Below, piece after piece: positions 45,218-54,947 of a DNA stretch of 64,000 nucleotides. A model generated the notes under the pieces. That model was not told the DNA's origin, made no database searches, and saw nothing but the letters and a program-made list of their open reading frames with translations. The translations under genes and the position numbers were made by a program. This stretch comes from an uncultured delta proteobacterium (GTDB taxonomy: Bacteria > Desulfobacterota > Binatia > UBA9968). The stretch spans positions 1-64,000 of the forward strand of contig CAWDPO010000030.1 of the NCBI GenBank assembly GCA_963804165.1. Direction: 5' to 3'. Numbering within the stretch: the first letter of the stretch is position 1; every line of letters begins with the position of its first letter.

Positions 45218-46201
45218 ATGACTAATTCACTCGCGAAATTATCGATGCTGCTCTTCATCATTACCGTTGGTTTCACCTGGGGTGCAGAGGCGCAAGCACA
45301 AAAGAAAGTGCGATTCGCTTACCCTTCATCGGCGGACATGGGCGATATCCCTTCGCTGCTCGCATGGGAGCAGCTCAAGAAACAGGGGATCGAAGTCGTA
45401 CCGACGTTTTTCCCCAAGACCGACTTGGCCGTTCAGGCCGTCGTTGCCGGCGAAGCCGATATCGGTTCCGCCGCCGGCATCGCCGTCGTGAAGGCGGTCG
45501 AGAGCGGCATGAATATTCGCGTCATCGGAGAGCAAGTGCGCAACGAATGGCAGCTCGTCACTCCCGTGTCTATCAAAGATGTCAAACAACTGGACGGCAA
45601 ACGGGTCGGCTACCATGCGCCGATCACGGTTACCGAAGCGCTGGTCAAATGGATGGCGCAACATTACAAGATCACCCCCAACTGGATGATCATCCCCGGT
45701 TCGGACGTGCGCGCCGAAGCTCTGATGCGCGGCCAATTGGACGCCACGCCGGCGGAGATCGGCGATGTGTTGAATATTTTGAGCGCCAAGCCCGGGCAGT
45801 TTCACGTGTTGATCTCTTACGCCAAGACTTTTCCCCAGCTTATCGGTTCTATGTATTTCGCCCGCGCCGATTACCTGCAAAAGAACGCCGCAACGGTTGA
45901 AACCGTGCTCGAGGCGATTCTCCGAGCGCATCGCAGTGCTGAAGAGCGCCCCGCATCGGTCAAAGAAAATGCTTTAAGACTGCTGCCTGAAACAAAGCCG
46001 GAGCTCGTCGAGGCGATCGCGGCAGCCTACAAAGAGCTGCGCATCTGGGACATCAACGGCGGCGCCGGCAAAGAGCGCGGCGATGCGAGCATTAAATTCT
46101 TCGAAGAAGCGGGACTACTCAAGAAAGACGTCGTCAGCTTCAAACAGGCCTTCGACACCGGCCCTCTGGACAAAGTGCTCAAAAAGATCGGACGCAAATA
46201 G
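45218..46201 (+). CDS. NitT/TauT (SsuA/THI5-like) ABC substrate-binding protein
   Basis: AGGAG RBS; signal peptide AEAQA; QAVVAGEAD, LDGKRVG. Confidence 0.88.
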   Translation: MTNSLAKLSMLLFIITVGFTWGAEAQAQKKVRFAYPSSADMGDIPSLLAWEQLKKQGIEVVPTFFPKTDLAVQAVVAGEADIGSAAGIAVVKAVESGMNIRVIGEQVRNEWQLVTPVSIKDVKQLDGKRVGYHAPITVTEALVKWMAQHYKITPNWMIIPGSDVRAEALMRGQLDATPAEIGDVLNILSAKPGQFHVLISYAKTFPQLIGSMYFARADYLQKNAATVETVLEAILRAHRSAEERPASVKENALRLLPETKPELVEAIAAAYKELRIWDINGGAGKERGDASIKFFEEAGLLKKDVVSFKQAFDTGPLDKVLKKIGRK

Positions 46202-46205
46202 AGTA

Positions 46206-46949
46206 ATGAAGGCGAGCACGCTTAGAATCATCTCGCTCCTCACGCTCGCCGCGATCTGGGAGATCGCCGGGCGCAGCGGCAACGCTCATCTGCTCCCGCC
46301 CCTTTCTAAAGTCATCACCGTCTGGGTGGAGCTGCTTATCTCCGGGCAGCTGTTCCAGGCGATATCTATCAGCTTTCAAGCTCTGTTTATCGGCTTTTTC
46401 ATCTCGGTCCTGTCCGGTGTGCCGCTGGGGTTGTTGATGGGCCGCTACCGCCGGCTCGAATCATTTCTGGAAATTTACATGACCGCATTGCTCGCGGTGC
46501 CGATGATTTCGTTCATTCCGTTTTTAGTGATCGCTTTCGGGTTAGGCCTGCACTCGCGCGTCTGGATCGTTTTTCTGTTCGCGTTCGTGATTATCGCGAT
46601 CAACACCACCGCCGGCGTGCGCAACGTCGATCCGACCTTGACCGAGATGGCCCGCTCCTTCGGCGCGCGCGAGAGCGAATTGTTTTTGAAAGTGATCCTG
46701 CCCGCCGCCATGCCGATGATCATGGCGGGCATTCGCCTCGGCATGGGGCGCGCCGTGCTCGGCATGGTCACGGGCGAAATGATTCTCGCCGTAGTCGGTT
46801 TCGGCGCCATGCTGATGACCTTTAGCGCGTCGTTCAATTCCAGCGCGCTGTTCGCGACCATTCTCACAATCGTGCTGCTCGCCGTTGCCTTGTTGTCGTT
46901 GATTCAGTATCTGGATCGGCGCCTGATGCCGTGGCGCACTGCGACTTAG
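46206..46949 (+). CDS. NitT/TauT-type ABC permease (second copy)
   Basis: LTEMARSFGA, LPAAMPMIMAGIRLG; paralogous to 44226..44981. Confidence 0.92.
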   Translation: MKASTLRIISLLTLAAIWEIAGRSGNAHLLPPLSKVITVWVELLISGQLFQAISISFQALFIGFFISVLSGVPLGLLMGRYRRLESFLEIYMTALLAVPMISFIPFLVIAFGLGLHSRVWIVFLFAFVIIAINTTAGVRNVDPTLTEMARSFGARESELFLKVILPAAMPMIMAGIRLGMGRAVLGMVTGEMILAVVGFGAMLMTFSASFNSSALFATILTIVLLAVALLSLIQYLDRRLMPWRTAT

Positions 46950-46984
46950 TACGTTGGCTCAGAAATTCGCTATCCAGGAATTTG

Positions 46985-47040
46985 CGTAGTAGCGTATCGC
47001 ATACGCCCGTTCTGGATGCCGGTTTTCACCGGCATGACGG
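46985..47040. repeat. Two REP-like hairpins
   Basis: GTAG..GCGTATCGCATACGC and CTGGATGCCGG-TTTTCA-CCGGCATGACG. Confidence 0.5.
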
Positions 47041-47220
47041 AAAAAACACCGGCAGTGCTTAGACAAACTTCCAGCTAGCATCCGGCCGCTGCCGCACCAA
47101 CGTGACAACCGCAAGTTATTCATACCGTTGATATCGGCGAAAGCTTGGGATATGGCCCGCCATAGGCCCGAGGATCACCTTCACACGTGCCACCGAAGTT
47201 CTGTCTCGAGGAGAACCATC

Positions 47221-48225
47221 ATGAGTAGCCTTTTCTTTCGAGTCTTCGTTTCTTTCTTGTGCACACTGCCAATGCTGACGATGACCCATTCATTCGTCAA
47301 TGCGCAAACGCTGGAAAAACTCCGTGTCGCCTACACGGTGATCGCGCCGACTCAAGCCACGATCTGGACCGCCAAAGAGATCGGCTTTTACGCCAAGCAT
47401 GGACTCGACGTAGACTTGGTGTTGCTCGTCGGGGCGCCGCTCGCGGTCACCGCCCTGGTCGCCGGAGAAACTCCCGTTGTCCACGCCGGCGCCTCCGCCG
47501 TGGTCACCAGCAACCTCCAAGGATCCGGGGCCGTGCTGGTTGCGGGCGGAGCCAATCGCTTTCCCTACGTGCTTTTCGTCACCGACGAGATCAAACGAGT
47601 AGAAGACCTAAGAGGCAAGAAATTCGGCGTGAGCCGCATCGGCAGCGCGGACAACGCCGCAGCAGTCACCGTCCTGAACAGATTCGGAATCAAAGAGACC
47701 GACGTGACCTACGTGCAAGCCGGCTCGATTCCTGCGCGCCTCGCGGCGATGCAGACCAACGCGCTGCAGGCGACGCTCCTGCAAGCGCCGGAAACTCTGA
47801 AAGCCAAAGAGATCGGCATGCGCGCCCTGCTGGATTTCACCAAGCTCGATGTCGAATGGCAGCAAAACGGCGTGGCCACCACGCGGGATTACATCAAGAA
47901 AAAGCCCGACACGGTGCGCCGTTTTATCAGGGCGTACGTCGAGGGCAGCCATTACAACCTGACGAATCCGAAGGGTGCACAAAAGATTTTACAAAAATAT
48001 CTCGCTATCAAAGACACCAAATCGGTCGAAGAATCCTATAACGAAATCGTCGCCAAACTGACGCTCAAAGTTCCCTACCCCACCGAGCCCGGTATCCAGC
48101 TCTACCTGGACCAGTTGAAGATCAAGAATCCCAAAGCCGCGCAGGCCAAACCGTCCGACTTCACCGATATCAGTTTCCTCAAAGAGCTGGAGTCGAGCGG
48201 GTTTGTCGAAAAATTATATAAATAA
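47221..48225 (+). CDS. NitT/TauT-type ABC substrate-binding protein (orphan)
   Basis: GAGGAG RBS; AKEIGFYAKHGLDV, DLRGKKFGVSRIGS, PYPT. Confidence 0.9.
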   Translation: MSSLFFRVFVSFLCTLPMLTMTHSFVNAQTLEKLRVAYTVIAPTQATIWTAKEIGFYAKHGLDVDLVLLVGAPLAVTALVAGETPVVHAGASAVVTSNLQGSGAVLVAGGANRFPYVLFVTDEIKRVEDLRGKKFGVSRIGSADNAAAVTVLNRFGIKETDVTYVQAGSIPARLAAMQTNALQATLLQAPETLKAKEIGMRALLDFTKLDVEWQQNGVATTRDYIKKKPDTVRRFIRAYVEGSHYNLTNPKGAQKILQKYLAIKDTKSVEESYNEIVAKLTLKVPYPTEPGIQLYLDQLKIKNPKAAQAKPSDFTDISFLKELESSGFVEKLYK

Positions 48226-48230
48226 AGACA

Positions 48231-48321
48231 GCTCCAATTGTTCCAAACGTTCCAGTAGTTCCAGGTCGTTTTACTAAGCGAGAACGATTGGAACATTTGG
48301 AACGTCTGGAACGATTGGAAC
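48231..48321. repeat. Inverted pair of 9-bp tandem arrays between convergent genes
   Basis: GTTCCA with 9-bp period x3-4, then TGGAAC with 9-bp period x4. Confidence 0.75.
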
Positions 48322-48957
48322 CTAATTTTTGTAGATCACTATACGCAGATCTTTCCCCCGGCCCCCCTCCGGACAAGCGCTGATGCCAACCAGGCAATCC
48401 ATTTCGCAGCGGAGATCCATCATGTCGCCACCCAGCCGCGGCCGGGTCATCGAATAGCGCATGCTGCCGGTTTTGGCATTGATCGCCATGGTTTGAAAAA
48501 CATTGAGCGGGCTCGGCACGTCTTCTTTTGGTACTCCGTAGGGCTTCAAAGCCTTGGCGAGATTTTCCCAGCAACCGTGCTTGGGCGCGACGACTTTTTT
48601 TCTTCCCAATCTTTTCCAAACGCCGCCGTATATCTTGAAAATCTCGTCGCCCCATTTCTTGTAAAAAGAAGTGCTGCACATGCCCTTCTCCATGTCATGG
48701 GTGCCGCGGTACGTATCCTTCACGATCGTCTGCATGACGTTGTTGTATTTGGAAATCAGCACATCGCCGGTGGTCACGTAAATCTTACCTTGATCGACTT
48801 TGGTGCGCGCCTGATCGAAGCGCTCTTTGACGTCGCGCAGATTGAAAACAACGTAATCGGCGGTGGATTCACCGATGACCCGAATGGTCTCGCCTTTCTT
48901 GACCTCAAACGTCTTGCCGCTGTTGCTCTTGATGATGGACTCGCTGATAATCTTCAC
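48322..48957 (-). CDS. DUF1989 / urea carboxylase-associated family protein
   Basis: HDMEKGMC, HGCWENL, PLNVF, EMDCLVGISACP. Confidence 0.85.
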   Translation of the reverse strand: MKIISESIIKSNSGKTFEVKKGETIRVIGESTADYVVFNLRDVKERFDQARTKVDQGKIYVTTGDVLISKYNNVMQTIVKDTYRGTHDMEKGMCSTSFYKKWGDEIFKIYGGVWKRLGRKKVVAPKHGCWENLAKALKPYGVPKEDVPSPLNVFQTMAINAKTGSMRYSMTRPRLGGDMMDLRCEMDCLVGISACPEGGRGKDLRIVIYKN

Positions 48958-49073
48958 TGTGCCTCCATAGATAAAGTCGTAATCGTGGCTGATAAATTAG
49001 CCGATGAATCCGTGCAATATCAAGGTGGCAGCGCGCATTCTATCTGCCGATCTGGGCGCGGAATGGAATCCGA

Positions 49074-50351
49074 TTACCAACGGAAAAGATTCACCACTCC
49101 CAGGCTGATCCAGGGCACATAGGTCACCAGCAGGGTGACCAGGGCGAGCACGAGGGTGAAAGGCCATCCTTGCTTAAAGACGTCCCAGAACGAGACGCGC
49201 GCAATCGCGGCGGTGGTGAACAAGACCGTCGCCACCGGCGGAGTTTGCTGTCCCACGCCGAGGTTGATCGTCACGATGATACCGAAATGAATCGGGTCTA
49301 CACCGATCTGCCGGATCAGCGGCATCACGATCGGAACGATCAGGATGATGGCGGCGGCCGAATGGAGAAACATTCCTGCGACAAAGAAAAAAAGATTCAG
49401 GAATAAAAGAATCAGATACTTGTTGGAAGTCGTTTCCAAGATCATCCGGGCAAACTTTTGCGGAATCTGCTCGCTGGTAAGGTACCAGCCTAAGACTGCC
49501 GAGGAAGCGACGATGAGCATGACCACCGAGGTCTGCGATACCGAGTCCCGCAGGATGCGAGGAAGCTCGCGAACCGGCAGTTCTCGGTAAATAAGAACGC
49601 CGATCAGCAACGCGGTCAGCACCGCGAGGGCCGCCACTTCCGTCGCCGTGGCAATCCCAAGAAAGATCCCGCCCCAAATCACGATCGGAATCATCAACGC
49701 CCAAAAGGCGTGGACCGTCGATCGGCCGACTGCGCGCAGAGAGAATCCTTGCTCCACGGGCAGATTGTACTTGCGCGCATAGTAGTAGCAGAGCGCCATC
49801 ATGGCGCCGCAGGCGATGAAGCCAGGGAGAAATCCGGCAAAGAATAGCTTGGCCACCGACACCTCGGCCATCCAGGCATAAATGATCATCGGGATCGACG
49901 GCGGAATCAGAATCGCCGCCGAGGCCGCATTGGAGACGATGGCCGCGCTCAAGGTCCTCGAATAGCCGCGCTTCTCCATCGCCGGAATCACCACGTTGCC
50001 GATCGCGGCGGCATCGGCGACCGATGAACCTGAGATCTCGCTCTGAATCATCGTCGCCACCACTGTCACCATCGCCAGTCCGCCGCGAACGAACCCCACC
50101 AGGCTGTTGGCCATATTCACGAGTCGAAGGGAGATTCCCGAAGTGTCCATCAAACCGCCCGCCAGGATGAAAAGCGGAATGGCCAGAAGAGGAAAGCTCG
50201 AGGCGCCGGAAAAAAGGTTCAGCGGCACGACGCTAAGCGACACGGTGCCCTTAAAGAACAGGAAAATAATCGCGGCGATGGAAAGGCCAAATCCGATGGG
50301 GACGTTAATGAGCGTGAGTAGAATCACTACTGCGAGGATGAGCCACTCCAT
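49074..50351 (-). CDS. dctM: TRAP transporter large permease
   Basis: FPLLAIPLFILAG, SGSSVADAAAIG, LIPPSIP, GVDPIHFG, TPPV. Confidence 0.93.
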   Translation of the reverse strand: MEWLILAVVILLTLINVPIGFGLSIAAIIFLFFKGTVSLSVVPLNLFSGASSFPLLAIPLFILAGGLMDTSGISLRLVNMANSLVGFVRGGLAMVTVVATMIQSEISGSSVADAAAIGNVVIPAMEKRGYSRTLSAAIVSNAASAAILIPPSIPMIIYAWMAEVSVAKLFFAGFLPGFIACGAMMALCYYYARKYNLPVEQGFSLRAVGRSTVHAFWALMIPIVIWGGIFLGIATATEVAALAVLTALLIGVLIYRELPVRELPRILRDSVSQTSVVMLIVASSAVLGWYLTSEQIPQKFARMILETTSNKYLILLFLNLFFFVAGMFLHSAAAIILIVPIVMPLIRQIGVDPIHFGIIVTINLGVGQQTPPVATVLFTTAAIARVSFWDVFKQGWPFTLVLALVTLLVTYVPWISLGVVNLFRW

Positions 50352-50842
50352 GCCGAATCTCCTCCCTTGCCGCTTTCATTCCCCGTCGCGATGCTGACGA
50401 ACCGCATCAGGCTGATTACGAGCATCAGGCCGCCGGTGATCGGCAAGACGCTATAGATCCAGCGCATCTTCACCCAAACCAACGAGACGGTGGTTTCATC
50501 GCCCATTTTCTGCATGATCAGCCAGCCGTGATAGAAGAGCACCGCCTGAAAACCGAGGACGCAGGATTCGGCAATCAACTCGACGACTTTTCTCGCGCTC
50601 GGCATGAACTGGTCGACGACAATTTCGAAGCCGATATGACGGCGCCGGTAGCTGGCGACAACCGCGCCGTAGAAGGTCAGCCACACGAGCAGAAAAGAAG
50701 CGAATTCGTCGTACCACGAAAGTGACGCGTTTAGGACATAGCGGTAGAAGACGCCGAGGCTGACGAGCAGAACCATAAGCACGAGGAGGAGCACCGCCCA
50801 GGCTTCAATCCAATCGACGAGTCGGCGAAAATATTTATCCAC
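50327..50842 (-). CDS. dctQ: TRAP transporter small permease
   Basis: VFYRYVLN..WYDE..VWLTFYGA..HI. Confidence 0.9.
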   Translation of the reverse strand: MDKYFRRLVDWIEAWAVLLLVLMVLLVSLGVFYRYVLNASLSWYDEFASFLLVWLTFYGAVVASYRRRHIGFEIVVDQFMPSARKVVELIAESCVLGFQAVLFYHGWLIMQKMGDETTVSLVWVKMRWIYSVLPITGGLMLVISLMRFVSIATGNESGKGGDSAWSGSSSQ

Positions 50843-50977
50843 GGTGGAGATGCAAAAGGGCTAAGTGAGTTGATCCTGAGGATGACCACGCCTTTCGGAC
50901 AGCGTCAATTCCACTCGTCAGCCGTACCGGTCAGGACTGGGCGCTCGGATAAAATTCTTGTCTCGATCGCCTCTTGC

Positions 50978-51964
50978 TCATCGCAGCGACTGGATCAGTT
51001 TGACTAAATCCGTCGCGCCCGAGACCTCTTTGCCGAACTCTTCATAGATGGCCGCGGATGCCTTGATGAAGGAGTCCTTATCGACCTCGTTGGCTTTCAT
51101 CGGCGGTGCGAGTTTGCCCATCAGATCTTTGTCCAGCCGTTCGCCTTCCGAGCGAGCGAAGTCTCCGATCTCCCCAGCGATCCGGGAGAGCGTGGTTTGG
51201 CTATCCTTGGGAATCTTGTTCCAGGTATCTTCGCTGACCACCAGGTACGCGGGAGTATAAACATGGCCGCTCAGCGAGAGAAATTTCTGCACTTCGTGAA
51301 ACTTGGCGGACCAGATCTGCGGAAAGGGATTTTCCTGGCCGTCCATCACGGCCGATTGGAGCGCCGAGTAGACTTCGGCAAGCGGCATCGGCGACGGGTT
51401 GGCGCCGTAAGTCTTAAACATTTTGACCCGCCACACTCCGCCCGGCACGCGCAGCTTGATGCCTTTTAGATCGTCGGGCTTGACGATCGGCCGGACATTG
51501 TTGGTGATATGGCGAAACCCGTTTTCCCAAACCCCGAGGACTCTCAGTCCTTTCGCCGGCAGCCCGTCGAAAAGCTGCTTCTGGACCTCTTTGTTTTCGG
51601 CCACCTTCTTCATATGGGCGCGATTGACGATGATGTAGGGCATCTCGAAAACGCCGTACTTTTGTTCCACCGTGCTCATTACGGTGGACGGCACGAACAT
51701 CTCCGGCGCGCCGACTTTGATACCCCGGCTCATCTGTTCGTCGCTGCCGAGCTGGCTGGAGTGAAAGACCTTGACCTCCACCTTGCCTTGCAAGCTTGCG
51801 TTTACCCGCTTGGCGTACTCGTCCGCCGTGATGGCAAAGAGTGATCCCGGGAAGCCCACGTGGCCGAGCCGGATCGAGACCGGCTGCTGCGCTTGTAGCG
51901 GCGCCTGCCAGAGCGCTAGGCTTAATGAGACGATTCCAGTCAGGACACCGATTTTTCGCTTCAT
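50978..51964 (-). CDS. dctP: TRAP transporter substrate-binding protein
   Basis: SSQLG, WENGFRHIT, DLKGIKLRVP, EVYSALQ..DGQENP. Confidence 0.93.
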   Translation of the reverse strand: MKRKIGVLTGIVSLSLALWQAPLQAQQPVSIRLGHVGFPGSLFAITADEYAKRVNASLQGKVEVKVFHSSQLGSDEQMSRGIKVGAPEMFVPSTVMSTVEQKYGVFEMPYIIVNRAHMKKVAENKEVQKQLFDGLPAKGLRVLGVWENGFRHITNNVRPIVKPDDLKGIKLRVPGGVWRVKMFKTYGANPSPMPLAEVYSALQSAVMDGQENPFPQIWSAKFHEVQKFLSLSGHVYTPAYLVVSEDTWNKIPKDSQTTLSRIAGEIGDFARSEGERLDKDLMGKLAPPMKANEVDKDSFIKASAAIYEEFGKEVSGATDLVKLIQSLR

Positions 51965-51985
51965 GGGTTACTCCTCTCCGGATTA

Positions 51986-52687
51986 CTATTTTCGATTGCA
52001 AGCACGCTTCATGATGCGCTCTGCTCTGGTAATGTTAAATACGCCGCAGCTGCAGAAGCGGGCCATATAGCGCGCCGCCTCCTCGGGAGTCCGACGGTTT
52101 TCTCTTACCCACTCCAACATCTTTTTCGCGAAATTGGCCGAAACCATACCGTGGCCGCACATGGTGGAAAGTTCCAGAGTCGTCGCCTCCGGGAGTTTAT
52201 CCACCCGTCCGCTAAATCCGATGGAATATTCGACGCTGTGCCGGGCGATGCCGGCATCGTCGCAGCAACGCTTCGCCTCGTCGATGGGTGCGCTGATGTT
52301 TATGGAGATGCCCAGGTCAGCGGCTTTAAGCTCCTCGACAAATTGTTCCATGGCCGCGTAATTGTCGAAGACCGCAGCCACGGTCGTGTGTCCTTCGATT
52401 TCAGCGATGACCTGCTCGGCATCGGCCCGGTGATCCCGGCGCCAATGGGCCGATGGGTTTAGGTCTTGGCGCGGCCGGATGCTGCCGCCCTTGGTGGCGT
52501 CGCCGATGTTGACCGGCTGGTGCTTGAGCGCCAGACGCAGAAAGGTCCGATATTTCTCAACGAGGTCGTCGTCGTTGATTCCCCGGCTCGCCATCGCAAA
52601 GACAATGTAGTCGTCACGGATCGGTTCCGGATGCGGCGGAGCAGCGAAAGCGTAGTGTTCGCTGTAGCGGTGCAGAGTGTTGGTCAT
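51986..52687 (-). CDS. Uncharacterised Cys/His-motif protein
   Basis: Intact 233-aa ORF abutting the Fe-S gene; motifs MTNTLHR, HSVEYSIG, STMCGHGMV, CSCGVFN. Confidence 0.8.
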   Translation of the reverse strand: MTNTLHRYSEHYAFAAPPHPEPIRDDYIVFAMASRGINDDDLVEKYRTFLRLALKHQPVNIGDATKGGSIRPRQDLNPSAHWRRDHRADAEQVIAEIEGHTTVAAVFDNYAAMEQFVEELKAADLGISINISAPIDEAKRCCDDAGIARHSVEYSIGFSGRVDKLPEATTLELSTMCGHGMVSANFAKKMLEWVRENRRTPEEAARYMARFCSCGVFNITRAERIMKRACNRK

Positions 52688-53536
52688 CTATTTCCTAGCT
52701 TCCGCGTTCTTCGAATTTTGCATCGCGCCGGCATGTCCAAGACCCAAATTGGTTTTTCCGCGATAGGCTGGATATCCTTCCTGCTCGAGAATCTCGCCGA
52801 GCAAATCATTTCCCGCCGAGTCGCAGCGGGTGGAGACACCGACGCTGATCACGGTATCCACCTCGCCGGCAAGATCTCGGATGCTTTGCAGCACTGCAGA
52901 TACTCGCTCAAGAGGTGCTTTGATCTCAACGATGGCCGAAAGAATCTTTTCGTTGAGAATGTCCTCTCGAATCAGACCGCGGGAACGATCGGTCATCAGC
53001 GAAGCCACCGGGTTATTCTCTTCAAATTCAACGCCGAGTTGGGCCAGAGCGGTGGTGATGCGCTGGATGTCTCTGAACCGAGCGCCGACCCCGGGACGGC
53101 CAAATTCGACGACGAATCCCGCCTCGCCGTCTTTCACCCGATGGGTCACGTCGTTGGTTTTGACCTCTGCGGTGCCACGGCCGTGGATGCCCGTGGACTC
53201 GTGCGGCACTTGCGGATCGGAAAAGGCGCGGCGCACGATTCGAGGCCAGGCGAGTTCTTGCGGAACGATCGCGTCGGTGGGGCAGATATCCGGCTCGGGA
53301 TCGAACCTGAAACGGAAGAGCTTGGCGGCTCGCCGCACTGCGCGGACCATGAACGGATTCAGATGCTCCTTGGACATGCCGCGATAACAGGTGAAACATT
53401 CCACGCACTCATCGGTATTGATAGTTGCTCGCCCGATCGCCGGCTCGATGGAGATCGCTCCCATGGGGCAAATCGGCACGCAGTTGCCGCAGGCCACGCA
53501 TTTGTCGGGATCGATTTTCATCTCGTTCTCGCTCAA
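52688..53536 (-). CDS. 4Fe-4S dicluster protein with uncharacterised C-terminal domain
   Basis: CVACGNCVPICP, CVECFTC..CP; then GRGTAEVKTNDVT, EFGRPGVG. Confidence 0.85.
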   Translation of the reverse strand: MSENEMKIDPDKCVACGNCVPICPMGAISIEPAIGRATINTDECVECFTCYRGMSKEHLNPFMVRAVRRAAKLFRFRFDPEPDICPTDAIVPQELAWPRIVRRAFSDPQVPHESTGIHGRGTAEVKTNDVTHRVKDGEAGFVVEFGRPGVGARFRDIQRITTALAQLGVEFEENNPVASLMTDRSRGLIREDILNEKILSAIVEIKAPLERVSAVLQSIRDLAGEVDTVISVGVSTRCDSAGNDLLGEILEQEGYPAYRGKTNLGLGHAGAMQNSKNAEARK

Positions 53537-54735
53537 CCGTCGGACGCGGTTTCCAGTAGATAATTTTCCGCCGCAGCCAGGCCGGCACCGACGGGAATTT
53601 TAACGCCGAAACTTTTCAGCGCCATCTCGACGCCGGCGAGCGCGCCGAGAAGCTCAAGTTCATTTAAGCTTCCCAGGTGGCCGATGCGAAAAATCTTGCC
53701 TTTGACCTTACCCAGTCCGATGCCCAGGGAAAAATTCAGTCTCTTGTGCGCGTGCGCAACAAACGCATCGGAATCGAATCCTTCAGGCATGCAGACGGCG
53801 GTCAGCGTGTTTGAAAATTCATCCGGACTGCGGGCGAGGAGCTGCAAACCCATGGCCTGCACCGCGCGCCGGCAGCTTTCCGCCAATCGAGCGTGGCGGC
53901 GAAAGACGTTGGGCAGGCCCTCTTCACTGAGTATCGCGAGACTTTCCTTTAGGCCGAAGAAATGCACGGTGGCAGGGGTGGAGGGAAATTCGCCAAGACG
54001 ATTGCGCTCCAAGATCGGCGTCCAGTCCCAGAACGAACGCGGGCAGCGCGCCGATCTGCTCGCTTCTCGGGCGCGCTCGCCGATGGCCAGGATCGCCAGA
54101 CCCGGCGGCAACATCAGCCCCTTCTGTGCGCCGGCGAGAGCGACATCCACTTGCCAATCGTCGAAGCGAAAGTCGATGGAGCCCACCGAGCTGACCGAGT
54201 CCACCAAGAAAAGCGCCGGGTGTCGCACATGGTCGAGCGCGTGACGAATCGCGGCGATATCGCTGGTCACGCCCGTCGAGGTCTCATTGTGGACGACCAG
54301 CACGGCTTTGATGTCGTGTTGTTTGTCCTTCTCGAGCCGCTCTTCGATCCGCGCGGCGGAAACACCGGCACCATAGGGAAACTCTAGCAGTTCTACCTGG
54401 ACGCCAAACGATTCGGCGGTGCGGCAGAAAAGCGTGCTGAAGTGACCGTTCACGCAGCCCAACACCCGATCACCCGGTGACAGCGTGTTGACGATGCAGG
54501 CCTCCCACGCCGCAGTGCCCGAGCCCGGAAATACCGCTATGCGTCCCTCGGTGGTTTTGAAAACGTCCTTTAAGCCCTCGAGCACGTCCTTTAACAGTGC
54601 GGCAAACTCCGGTCCCCGATGATCGATCAGGGGCCGCGACATCGCCCGAACGATTCTTTCGGGAACCAGGGTCGGACCGGGAATTTGCAGAAACGGGCGG
54701 CCGGAAGTTCCTGGTAATTTACTTTGTGAAGCCAT
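53533..54735 (-). CDS. Class V PLP aminotransferase (serine/alanine-glyoxylate type)
   Basis: LQIPGPT, DHRGPEF, VHNETSTGV, VDSVSS, GAQKGLMLPPG, FRIGHLG. Confidence 0.92.
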   Translation of the reverse strand: MASQSKLPGTSGRPFLQIPGPTLVPERIVRAMSRPLIDHRGPEFAALLKDVLEGLKDVFKTTEGRIAVFPGSGTAAWEACIVNTLSPGDRVLGCVNGHFSTLFCRTAESFGVQVELLEFPYGAGVSAARIEERLEKDKQHDIKAVLVVHNETSTGVTSDIAAIRHALDHVRHPALFLVDSVSSVGSIDFRFDDWQVDVALAGAQKGLMLPPGLAILAIGERAREASRSARCPRSFWDWTPILERNRLGEFPSTPATVHFFGLKESLAILSEEGLPNVFRRHARLAESCRRAVQAMGLQLLARSPDEFSNTLTAVCMPEGFDSDAFVAHAHKRLNFSLGIGLGKVKGKIFRIGHLGSLNELELLGALAGVEMALKSFGVKIPVGAGLAAAENYLLETASDG

Positions 54736-54947
54736 CGACGCTCCCGCTCGTTCCTTGTAAATGTCTCATCTCCATGTTCGACGCGGCATCAAGTGTATTT
54801 GCCCAGGTAAAATGGTGCATCAGCGTAGCTTTGATCAACCTGCCAAGTCAAGCCGATAGCCATGTTTGATCGACCAAAAGTCGTAGCTTGGTTGACACTA
54901 CACATTGCACATGAATAAATACCGCATCTAGCCGAGCAGATAATTCC

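Noticed and set aside
48958-49073. Guanidine riboswitch upstream of the DUF1989 gene
   Set aside because: No paired ACGR-loop hairpins or other recognisable ykkC motif, and no urea carboxylase nearby.
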